DNA from: Marsupella aquatica | Lineage: Eukaryota > Plantae > Marchantiophyta | DNA length: 64,000 nt | Direction of reading: 5' to 3' | Assembly (NCBI GenBank): GCA_973895155.1 | Contig: OZ316892.1 | Span: forward strand, 10,768,283-10,832,282 | Shown: positions 49,555-60,485 of the stretch, one piece after another | Layout: each line of letters begins with the position of its first letter | Position numbering within the stretch: position 1 is the stretch's first letter | Notes under the pieces: generated by a model | Told to the model about the DNA's origin: nothing | The model's input: the letters and a program-made list of their open reading frames with translations, nothing else | Databases searched by the model: none | Translations under genes and position numbers: made by a program

Positions 49555-52399
49555 TCACACTGCCTTTGACCAGACCGGGACTCCATATACTAGAAGTCCA
49601 ATAACGAGGGAAATGACCATTGAGATGATTGGGTAAGCATACGACCGCCACCGATTGCTACCCTGGTGCATTATCTGTATCTCAGTAACGAAGGTCGAAA
49701 CGGTGCTCAAGCACCCGAGCGTCCCTAGGTTAATACCGCCCACAACCAATGTTGAAGTATACTTCCCGATCTGCGTTTGATGAAACATACGTCAGCGAAA
49801 TGTCGTAAATTTGTTGAGGGAGTGATATTGTTAGTAAAGGTTTGTTTCATTTTTTCTTATGGGAAATTTGTTGAGGGAGTGATATGTTAGTAAAGGTTTG
49901 TTTCAATTTTTCTTATGGGAGCACCCTATTTCGGCATCTGACCTCCCGTCCCTAGCTTCATTTGAGCATTACAATACCGTGAGCAACAGGTTACTAATTT
50001 CTGCAAGGGTTGCTACAGACACAACGTGTATTGGCTCATTCCAAAAGATACTAAACGCATTGGTACATATTGGCTTTGAACACAGAGAGCGAAACCGAAA
50101 GAACTTACAGCGGAATCCACAGATGTCAGACCAGCTTCAAGGGAAGAAGCTGTCACGTTAACCAAGAATGTTCCCACAGGAAACCACTTCTGGTGGTGCT
50201 TTGGTCCAATACCTTGTCCATTCAAACGAGCAAAATACCATCGAAACCATACTCCTGGTGGAGCAAGCCAACAAGCTAGCCAAAGAGTTCTTCTCGATAT
50301 TGAGTTCGTATCGATCAGTGTCAGAACCACAGATGCAACCCATAAACCACCACCAAAAAATACGAAGAAGGCGAGGCTCAAAATCCGACGATTGAGATTG
50401 TCAGGTGAAGACACTTCCCACTTTTCTAACCCTTTACAACCCCTCTCGTCGTTTATAAATTGAATTATTCTGCGCAAAAGGCGTGCCGTGTCCTCTCCCA
50501 CCACGAGAGACATTTGAGCCAAGTATATTCCTGTCAGATGCCAGACCACCACTTTCGGCAAGTGTAAACATACACATCACCATATATCACTCAAGACCGA
50601 ACCGTGTCGAGATTCTATTTGATTTGTTAGCATCAATTGCTGATTATTCGTACTCTTCGGGACCTGGAAATGACTTCCGCAGGTTTGCAACAGCACTCAT
50701 GCTCCTTTTCGAGTAATCTTGGAACAATACTTAAGTTGACAACAGATCAGAGATACGCACCAATCAGCAGACCAAATAAACCAGTCACCCAGCTGCCAGT
50801 CACCATGATTGCCAAATTTCGTTGCATCATGGCAGCGTAAGTTGTGATGCTCCCCATGAGACCAGTAGAGAGCCCAACAGCCAAGTGTTCTGAAAACATT
50901 GCAATGTCCTTCTTGAAGACAACGCCAACCCAGCCCATAAAGAATGAACCAAGCTGCATTCCCACCGCATTGCACACACATCAGCTTGAGAGAGCATTTC
51001 TGTAAGCATAAAAAACTCCGAAGACTTGGCACGGTTGACTGTCAAAGAAAATAGGCTGATTCTTACCATATTTGCAGGAAGATCAATGAAAAGTGCACTT
51101 TTGTTTGAAGTCAACTTCGCCACATTAGGGCCAAACAAGATCTCCAAAAGATACCTTATGAGCACCTGGATATGCAACAAATGCGCAGCTCACAGCTCGT
51201 AAAAAGTCATACCAAAAACACACGTGAAGTACGGAATGACAAAAAATCACGACTCATCCTCAAACCCAAAATCTTGCCTCATATGGCAAAACTCTGAGAT
51301 CTTCGTAAGGTTAATCACCAAGCAACAATTTGACAAAGACCAGACATGGAGTGCTACTTGATTCACATGAATGGTGAACACATCTCGACTTTCCTCAAGA
51401 AGTGAACTTAATAAGAAGAACCTTACCCCAAGAATCCCGAAGGTTGCCAAATGTGCAAGGATAGATATCAACTCCAGAGATTTGTGAAGAGTCTCTGATC
51501 TTGACTGGAAGCAGTACCAGACAGAAAATCATAAGAACAAAAACTACACTTGATGAGTAACATCATCTCATTGTCCAGCTAGCCAACAAGAGGAACGAGA
51601 TCACTAGGTCGCACTGTGTCCAGGACAGAAAAATCACAAGTAGGTAATGGTAACGCGAGAAAAAGGATTAAAGGATGCTAGCAACTTCAACGAGAGAGTT
51701 CAATACCACCTAAACGGTAGAAGTACTTTGTACACAAAGGAAATCCAAAAGTAGGGCATGAAGGGTTCCTAAGTGCATGAATGAGTGAATGTTTCTCAAG
51801 GTCCAGCACATACCCTTCACAGGTATCTGGTCTCCTTGCTTCAATTTAGGTACTCCAATTGTGTAAGAATCAAATTACATCTCTGCAGGAGGGAAGGACA
51901 AAGATACAATTCTCTATTGACCCACTGTATGGACGGGACCAAAAGGTGTACAGAGAATAGAGTTAACCAAATAATAAGACCGAAAGAAGAAGAGAGGCTG
52001 CAAACATACTTGCGAACATGGTGATCTGGAGATTGGGACTACATGCGCATCGAAGGGAGCGGCTTTCATCCCGGCCTCCACGGCTTCAGCGGGATCTGCT
52101 GCTCCAGAGTAGGGTTTTGTGGAAAATTCTTCCATTATAGAATCCCCATTTGTGTAATCTTCATCTCTAGAATTGCAAGAGGGGCTCGCTGCTCCAGAAT
52201 CCCCTGCTTTCCCTTCCAACTCGTCTTCCTCTTCCTTCGAAAGAGAACTTGTCAACGACCTGCTGATCGAGGATCCCGATCTCCTGTAATCCAATGCTCC
52301 TCGAATTCTCGGCGTACGGAGGTTGGCAGATAGCCTGTTGTCTATTGCTCCTGGAACTGTCGCCTCGGACATGCTTGCACTCCTGTCGAGTACGTCCAT
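49555..52399 (-). CDS. FEX: Fluoride export protein (FEX, two CrcB/Fluc domains), 6 exons, 465 aa
   Basis: Exons 52399-52010, 51504-51427, 51165-51067, 50953-50761, 50530-50109, 49770-49555, all GT-AG and in frame (1398 nt). Motifs HLATFGILGVLIRY, DLPANMLGSFFMGW, GLSTGLMGSITT, APPGVWFRWYFARLNG, PVGTFLVNV, GCLSTVSTFVTE. Confidence 0.95.
49807..49920. repeat. Tandem duplication (~57 bp x2) in the last FEX intron
   Basis: AAATTTGTTGAGGGAGTGATA(T)TGTTAGTAAAGGTTTGTTTCAWTTTTTCTTATGGGA twice. Confidence 0.9.
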
Positions 52400-54081
52400 G
52401 TTACCAAAGGTCGATCAACCTTGTCCCTTGAACTCCTTCAAGCGTCTGCCGATGCGAGGAAAACAATTTGAATCTCTAGCTGGACATGAAAGTATCAAAG
52501 AAATGTAATTCTCTCCACGAGTGTTCTAATTCCAAGTAGTTGCATGGCAAAGAGGTGCAATCTTCCTCTTCAGACTGCATCCTTCAACTCCTTGAAGCCT
52601 CTGCTGAGGGTAGAAAGGAGTTTTTATCTAGCTAGACATGATACGATAACAGAGTTATAAGCCTTCTTAAGGGTCCTGCCCCCGAACCTCGGGTGAGTTG
52701 TTTCATTCTGTCAAATCTAACCAAGACTTATCCAAGAAGACAGAGGATAGATTGACCTCGCCCACATAATCCTCTGCAATCACGCCAAAGGCGATTCGAC
52801 TAATGAGACAGACACTTCCGGATACCAAAGAAAGACAATGAAACAAGCAATCTGGCCATCAAACAAATCAACCTCGCAAATCATAACCGCGGTGATCTGG
52901 GGCTTTCTGTGCCGTACCACAGCTTGGCAGATCCCTAAAGGAAAGGAAGGCAAGCCCCTTGATCCACCAGTAGAGAAGAATCTGCCATCATTACAAGTTC
53001 AGGAAAGTCGAATCGAGTCATCAAATTCCTAATTCTTGATTTTCAGGTCGTCTACTTTGATATAGAAATTCCCCAGCTCCTTGACGATGTTTCCACATCG
53101 AGTCAATTCCGCTAGTTCGATCTCCAGATGGACCATGGTCACTCATTCTGTTTCTTCCTTTTTTCAAAGCACACCCAAAACATTTGTTCACTGATTCATT
53201 CTAGGCGAATCCCCCTTTCCGAAAAAACCTACTTTAGAATTTGACATAGATCCGCAACAGGCTTTCATTCCTTTGAATACGAACGAAGACAAAACGATAG
53301 CTGTAAAAAAGGAAATTCCTGTGCACTAGGACAGAGGCTAAATTTGCTTGTAAACTCTAATGGCTGAAAACCCATCAACCGGGAGAGCGTGAGAATAAAT
53401 CCAATACTTTATTAAAGTCCGCGGGGATCCAAACGGGCAATGGACCAACACTATTCAAAAGATTTCAAAGTCCAAAGTAAGCTCATAGTCCATCGATGGT
53501 GGGAAATAAGATCACGATACAAGATACAAAGGACATCCAGCCCAAAGAGACACATCGAATTAGAGGCAGAAAACAAATGACTCTTACCTGGTTCTTCCTC
53601 TCCAGGAAGGGGCTTTGGAGCATCAGACGAAATCGATCTGGAGCTCAAACTGTGCCACTGCTGGTGCTTTTAGCCGCAGCCCTTCTTCCGTAGCCGCAGT
53701 TCGCAGCAGAGAACCGACGAAATCGAACCCTTCTTTCGCTCCAACATCACCAGAATTACCAGAATTGCGCACCAACGAGCGCAGCAGATTCACTGAAGAC
53801 CTTGCGCCCCTCATAGTGCTGCCCTAACCAAAACCCTGAACCCTCACCCTCTGCTCAAAACCCTACCTTGGAACGAACACGGCCTGGATCGAGCTTTATC
53901 GAACGCTGCCGATTTAAAGTTGAATTCGACAATCAGCATTAGAATCTCGTAGAGGGAGCTTTCTCTCCTCTTCCCTATTTCTCGCCTTTGTGAACATCAT
54001 TCTCTCTCATCAAAAGGCCTTGTCCGCCATAGCAGTGACCCTACCTCCTCGTCTTACAATCGGCATTAGGACTCGCTTAAG

Positions 54082-54422
54082 GGATTTGCGCATTGCAACA
54101 GTCGATGAACACAAGACAAGGAAACGAGGAGGCGTTACTCGAATACTCGTGACCGGTAAAAGGATGGAGAAGATCGCGCGGTTGCCGGCGTTGTGTACTT
54201 AGAACGGGCCAACTATAACATGGAGGAAAATCGCGTTTTGCTCGCAGCCCGGTCATAACCGGTGAACTGATGACCGCTTTACGCAAGAAGCACCGGTAAA
54301 GCAGCGCTACTTCGGATTTGCGCATAGTGGCAGTCGACGAGCACAAGACGAGGAAACGAGGAGGCGTTTTACTCGTGACCGGTAAAAGGATGGAGAAGAT
54401 CGCGCGACTACCGGCGGTGTCG
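54082..54422. repeat. Direct repeat (~110 bp x2) in the putative FEX 5' leader
   Basis: GGATTTGCGCAT..CAGTCGA..CACAAGAC.AGGAAACGAGGAGGCGTT..TACTCGTGACCGGTAAAAGGATGGAGAAGATCGCGCG at 54082 and 54314. Confidence 0.9.
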
Positions 54423-56139
54423 TGGGGAGGGGCGAGGGATCGATTTCCGTGGCGCTGGTGGATCCTGGGCCAGGCCCGCTATTTCTCGAGCGTGAGTGTG
54501 AACCGGACGGAAAGATAATTCTGCGTGGAGAGGATTCCGAGATGCTGATGCTGAAGCTGGACGTGGAGCTCGATCGATGGGTAACAGCGATCGCGAGCTT
54601 TTGCCAGCGACGGTGTGACGATGGGTCGACTCTCGGAGTGACTGCTCGTCATCGTCGTCGCGGCTGATGAGCGGGTGGAAAAACTCCTTCGACGATTCTA
54701 TTCTCCTGCGGTATTCGGATCCTCCCCCAACATCCTCTGCTTCACTTGTTTTGAATTCGACCGAATGACTGGTTTGTTCCTTTCAGAGCCGCCTGCTGTT
54801 GCCGCTGCTGACTGGAGGCTTCTCCGGTTAGAGGCTGTCCTGCTGTTGCTGACCGAGGAGGACGAGGGAGCGGCGGACAGAGATTGTTGATGCTTCGTCG
54901 TGCATGTGATTTGTGGTGGTGCGAATTGGCCCGGGAGGCAGGGATTGGCGAATGCTGAGTGATTATTGGCGTCGGAGGTTGTGGCGCGATGGTTGTGGAT
55001 GTGGAGCTGAAAGAACGACGGAGTCTGCGGAGACTAGTGGTGATTGTTCCACACTTGTGAGCGTCGGCGGAAGGGAGGGATCGGTAGCTGCCAAGAGAGG
55101 GTAGGAGAAGCAGGCTTCGAACGAGGCGGAGTTGTTTTCGGGGAAGGATCTGGGGAATTCCATCTCAGAGAGGAGAACGAGTCTTGAGTGTCGAAGGAGT
55201 ACATTGCACGTTTACCGGGCGGGCGTTGTTTATCGTCTCCGACGGTAACGGGTCCCCTCGCGCAATTCATGAGTAACGTTTGCAGCCGGACTAAAACTGC
55301 CTTATTAGGCGCCAGGAGGGGAGTCGTTTTGGTTTGGGGAGTCAGTCAGTGAAACCTCTCGAACGGTCTTTGGTGTGCAGGAAGTTGTCATTGGGTAAGT
55401 TTGGAATATGCTGTCTGTGTTTGGAGGGCTGGGAAATTTGTGTATATTTGTGGACACAGCTTGTTTCGTTTACTGTTCCGGGTGCGTCGACTCAGCAGCT
55501 CTTTATGTTTCCAATTCAACAGAATCTCTCGAGGCTCTCTCTACGTTGGGAATTGGAGTTCTTTGGCTCTCAACTGTGCCCATTGGCTTCGGATTCATTT
55601 CGTTGTCTCTTTCTGCGAATCGTATGCACAATTGTGATAGCTTGAGGGCGTACCTGGATCAGTATAGTGCACTAGTGCGCTTCAAGTTTGGTCAATGCTC
55701 TGCAAGTTAGATCCTGTTGTTCCACCAGATACGTTCAAAATAGTCTCGAGTCTGCCGGGAGTGTGATTGGAGGTATTCGCCAGCTTACTTGCTGAAAGGG
55801 AGAAGTCCTTATCTTTGTAGGTTTTGATTCTGAGAACCGTGGGTAATAATCGTTATCAAGGCTCTTTGCATTGGGTCGCAACACATCCTGGAAATTGTCA
55901 GCAATTGGAGGTGTACGACGGTGTTTAGACGTGATCCTCCCGCCTGAAGCTCGGTTATTATGTACATTTGTGGATGCCGTGCGTCCCACTGAGGATGACC
56001 AAGTCCATACTTTTGCCCGTGCAGGTCTACCTCGAATGAGCAGCAGGAGACTACGAGAGAAGAAGCAGCACCCATAGCAAGGCACGCGGAATTGCCGGAC
56101 GCTGGAGAAGATCAGGGGGTGGTAAACGAGTGGAGGAGC

Positions 56140-56355
56140 ATGGCAGCGGCGAGGCACCCATCGAGTAAGTCCTGGCCGGATCTGGTTGGGTTGAACGTGG
56201 AGGAGGCGAAGACGAAGATTCTGGAGGAGCTTCCTAATATGCAGGTGCACATTGTGCCGGAAGGATCCTTCTTGACCGCAGACTATAAGCTCGGAAGGGT
56301 GCGTATTTTCAAGAACCGAGAGGGAAAAGTTGCCCGAGCTCCGAGCCAGGGCTAG
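56140..56355 (+). CDS. Potato inhibitor I family (I13, CI-2-like) serine protease inhibitor, 71 aa
   Basis: KSWPDLVG..VEEAK..I..E.P..V..VPEGSFLTADY..GRVRIF......V.RAPSQG is the family signature. The frame is open upstream to an acceptor at 56024, so a longer N-terminus is possible. Confidence 0.92.
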   Translation: MAAARHPSSKSWPDLVGLNVEEAKTKILEELPNMQVHIVPEGSFLTADYKLGRVRIFKNREGKVARAPSQG

Positions 56356-57425
56356 CCAGTGTGACTGGTTTGAGCGCTCGGGGATATGGTGTTCAATCTG
56401 TTCCAGGCCTTCAACTGGGAGTCACTGTTTATGATCTGCATTATGTAATTCTAGGTAGATGCTTGCCACCTGAGCGAACGACCAGGTTTCCAGGTGTCTA
56501 TTTTACATAGTGTCGACGCCACTTTGTCTCTCTCGAGGACGCAACACTCCTAGGGCGCAACCGTCATGCCAGAGTTGTCGAAAATGAGTCACTCCTAGGG
56601 TTCCTAGCAGCAATGTTCGCCACTCTAGGTCAGGCGTAGGCATGGGCACAGGAGCCACGGTTGCTCAGAGTCTCTCACACACCTAGCATACCCCATACTT
56701 TGGATCCCTTTTTTTGGAGATGGGGCTCAACAGATTTAGTATTGACATAGATTTGTTCAGGTTCCACCGTCACAGAAATTGAGGACGCAACACTCCCACT
56801 GATAGGCCGATGTTGGAGTTTTCGAGCATGAGGAGTTCCTAGTGGTGACGTTGGCCGTACGCATATGCATACTAACAGGAGTCACAATGTTTCTGATGGA
56901 CCTTGCCATACTCCAACCGCGTGGTGACTTGGCAGACCCCATTTGTGATCATTAACGGCCCTTCATAGATTGCTTGATTTCAAAACCCGTCTCAAATGCA
57001 ATTGTTGTATCGAATTCCATGTGGATTGCATGTATAAAGGCCAACTTTTTATATTGTCGTCTACATTATCGAAGAGGATGAGCAATTCTAAGCCTGTCCT
57101 GAGCTTGCATCTCCTTTGCAAAAAATGTAGTCCTAGTTGCTATGTTCGAGTGGCCTCTTGCCCACTTGAGGTCAAGTGGATTCCTTTGGTAAGATCAAAA
57201 CTGCTGCGCAAATGTGTTTGTTTGCATGTACCCAACCATTGGTCACTGTGTATGGCGTGAGAATTGAGGTATCGCAGGGGAAGTGAAGTGGATTTCATTC
57301 TAGATGCTTACTGAAATTATCCCGTGTCAGCATTTCACACACCCGGTAATGCGAAGATGGTATGTGGAACTGTACATTGCAACACAGAGTTCAGTGAGTA
57401 CTTCGAGAAAAGTAGGACCACTGCA

Positions 57426-57606
57426 ACTCTTACTGATTGAAATTACAAGTGATTTTCATCACCAGCTAAGGACATATGAAAGCGTGGCAATTAAGGTTGC
57501 AGCTTGTAACATTACACTCTTACTGATTGAAATTACAAGTAGATTTCATCACCAGCAAAGGACATATGAAAGCGTGGCAATTAAGGTTGCAGCTTGTAAA
57601 ATTACA
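57426..57606. repeat. Tandem duplication (90 bp x2)
   Basis: ACTCTTACTGATTGAAATTACAAGT...GGTTGCAGCTTGTAA twice. Confidence 0.92.
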
Positions 57607-58662
57607 GTACAATGCCGCATCCTAGAGCTTCAATTGATATTGTTTTGCGTGTAATGTTACTTGAATCAGAAGTACCTGCTCACTCAAAGCACGTGTATAA
57701 TAGAGTCAAATCAAAACTGCCATTCTTTGGTGGGATGCTGGAGTAAAACGCTGGATGCTCTCTAGGGGATACTCCAGTGACCAGTGTCACTCCAAAGCAT
57801 CCAGAGCTCCAGTGACGAGCCTATAAAACAGTGGCATTGAAGATAAATCAAACAATATTCTGAAGCTGACTTCCCCGGCCTGACTGCTTGTGATCCTGAT
57901 ATTGTTCCATTCCTCAGATGCCTTAACAAGCCATAAATGAGTTAAGCCAAAAATGAGTGTGAAAAAGTAACAAACTATGAGGGATCCGACAGGGAAAATT
58001 TTAACGCCTTACCGTTTTTATTAAGTTTGTATTCTCATAAAATAAAATAAAAACATTTCAAAAATGTAATGGTCATACCAGATGCAGAGGATTCAGACTC
58101 TTTCATCTTTCACTCTTCTAAAATTGGCTCGATTGCAACCGACGCTTGGTCGATCTCCTTGTTTGAAATTTCAATAAGAGAGACAGTTTAGATTCGGGAG
58201 ATTTCAGGTAGATAACCCGATAGTCAGATGTGTCAACAACTTGTGAATCAAGTTAAAGCAAGTTTGCAATTAAATCATGCAACGCCTGAGCATTCGATGC
58301 AAGTTGAGAATCCGGTTATTATCTTGGGACAGTAATCTGCGAAAAAGATCAGTATATCGCTCACTATGAGCCGAACTATATTTCAACTTTGAGCTTAGGA
58401 TCGCATTCTACCACAATTGCCTTGAGAGAGCCATTGTAGATGTGAGAATTAGATGGAAAGATCTATTCACTATGCTTCAGAGTGCACCATTTAGGTCGAG
58501 TATCTCTGTCTTCTTAGCCCCTTGTCCACAAATCTCGATCTATAAATAATGTAATGCTGCTAAGAGATAACGTCTTTTACATTCAATAACAACAAGACAA
58601 CAGCTTTAGGCAGTATATGAAGCTACTACGACTCTTGCCACTAAACCGAAGCACAGGCACAC

Positions 58663-58791
58663 TGTCAGCTTTTCAAAGGCTGTTGCAATTGGTGACCCAT
58701 TGAAATCTGATGAAGTTTCTGCATTTTGTCAGCTTTTCAATGGCTGTTGCAATTGGTGACCCATTGAAATCTGATGAAGTTTCTGCATTTT
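58663..58791. repeat. Tandem duplication (64 bp x2)
   Basis: TGTCAGCTTTTCAAWGGCTGTTGCAATTGGTGACCCATTGAAATCTGATGAAGTTTCTGCATTT twice. Confidence 0.93.
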
Positions 58792-58986
58792 GAATCGTCG
58801 TCAATCTGATCTCATAGAGAAGAAAGGAGCTCTGCGGACAATAAATTGTTGGTGATAGCTTTGCTCTTTGGAAGATACACTGTTGGTGATAGCCTTTTTT
58901 TTTGTTTTAGCTCAGCTTGTTCAAGTACATTTTTAGTATAATTAGAGAAATCAAAGGGGAACTAATTCACTAAACAGTCCACTGGC

Positions 58987-59344
58987 TCTTAGGAATTGAT
59001 TCGAGTTCCCGACTATAATTAGTTTGACCTTACTAGGGTAAATTAACCCTTGGTTAGAATATGATAAGATTCACTTAGTTTAGACCCACACATCTTAGTC
59101 TTCCCATGGGGGTATAGGTTGAAGCATGAATATTCTCTCTTCATTCTTCACATGAGTCTCCCCATGGGGGTATAGGTTGGAGCATGAATATTCTCTCTTT
59201 CATTCTTCACATGATTGTACTTTCGTCAGTTATGGATCATTGATGAGTTTTTCCACTCGTGGTGTCTTGTTGGTGTAACGTGCGATCAAGTGTCTTTCTC
59301 ATGTTCCACATTTGCTATCTAGTTTGAACCGACAGTTTTTTACA
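58987..59344 (+). mobile_element. Solo LTR of family B with internal 58-bp duplication; imperfect TSD CTGGC/CGGGC
   Basis: Aligns end to end with 41026-41294; the start is mutated TG to TC; CCCATGGGGGTATAGGTTG...CATTCTTCACATGA occurs twice. Confidence 0.85.
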
Positions 59345-59618
59345 CGGGCACCAAGGGATATTAGACAAAGATTCCAAAAGGTTAATTGGGAGCGAGTCAA
59401 AATAATCTACAACTACATAATTATCGAATGCAACTACTTGCACGACGTGAGCGGTGATGTATATTAGTAGTCTTGGATTCATGGTTGCTAAGATTTGAAC
59501 CAAATCAATCTTAGAATGAACGAGACCCCTAATATAGACTATCATGAAAGGGTGGAGAAAGCACTCAGTTCATGCAAAAGAGCTTCAGTTGAGTTGGTTT
59601 CTTGAAGATAGAGATAAG

Positions 59619-59950
59619 TGTTAGGTATTTACTCTTAGATCTAATGTTACGAAATGTAACCGTAGTTAGGCTAATTGTAATCAAAACCACGGTAGGTTAA
59701 ATAAGTTGCACAGTATACCCTAAGTGATGCTTACTTGGTTAAGTGAAACTAAGGCTCATTGTTACAAAACCACTTGAGAGATAGAAGGCTTACACTATGG
59801 AGACTCAAAATGACCAATAGACCTAGAGTTCAATAAAGTTCTCTTGTATGTTCCTATGAACATAGTCTTGAGGAGATGAACCACGTAGTTCTTGTGTCGA
59901 CCACTTGTGCGTTGAATATGTCATGGATTTAATGTCGTGTATGCTCAACA
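59619..59950 (+). mobile_element. Solo LTR (332 bp) of copia family A; imperfect TSD ATAAG/TTAAG
   Basis: TGTTAGGTATTTACTC...TATGCTCAACA; no PBS follows. Confidence 0.88.
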
Positions 59951-60473
59951 TTAAGGTTACTTTCTATAGCAAGAGAGAGCTTTAACCATAAGGTAACAAA
60001 AGGACAGACGAGAACTTAAAGACAAGGAAAGAGTGAGTGGAGTGGGAAGATTCCATCAATGGTGTTGGTAAACTGCAGATTAGGTGAACCTCTAATATAT
60101 TTACTTGCATGTTAATTCAGTCGTATTTGTTAGATATTGCTCTAGTCTTGTGACTCTTGTGCTAACCACAGTTAGGCTAACTCGGGTTAGGACCTAGCTA
60201 AGGTTAGTGGTAGTGCTGTTGTGCATATAGCCAGGGCTGATGCCAGACCCTGGTGGAACTTAGGCTCATTGTTACGGAGCTAGTTGAGAGATAGGGAGAG
60301 CTTGTGTTGTGGATGCTTGGTATGGCCGGTCGGCCTAGAGTGCAGTAAAGCTCTTGTGTGTTCCCGTGGACGTAGCCTCATGTGGAGGTGAACCACGTAT
60401 CTCTCTGTGTCGACTATTGTGCGTTGGATGGTTCATGGGCTTGCCGTTGCAAAAGTCGTCTATGCTCAACAAG

Positions 60474-60485
60474 TGGTATCAGAGC
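60474..60485 (+). promoter_or_regulatory. Primer-binding site (initiator tRNA-Met)
   Basis: TGGTATCAGAGC two nt after the LTR-terminal CA. Confidence 0.92.

Noticed and set aside
52400-55270. Bacterial-type fluoride (crcB) riboswitch upstream of FEX
   Set aside because: No GGNGATG...GCTRATGA pseudoknot consensus found by eye on the sense (minus) strand; the CTGATGA matches at ~54268 and ~54664 are on the wrong strand.
55735-56250. 171-aa minus-strand ORF
   Set aside because: Antisense shadow of the protease inhibitor gene; no motifs.
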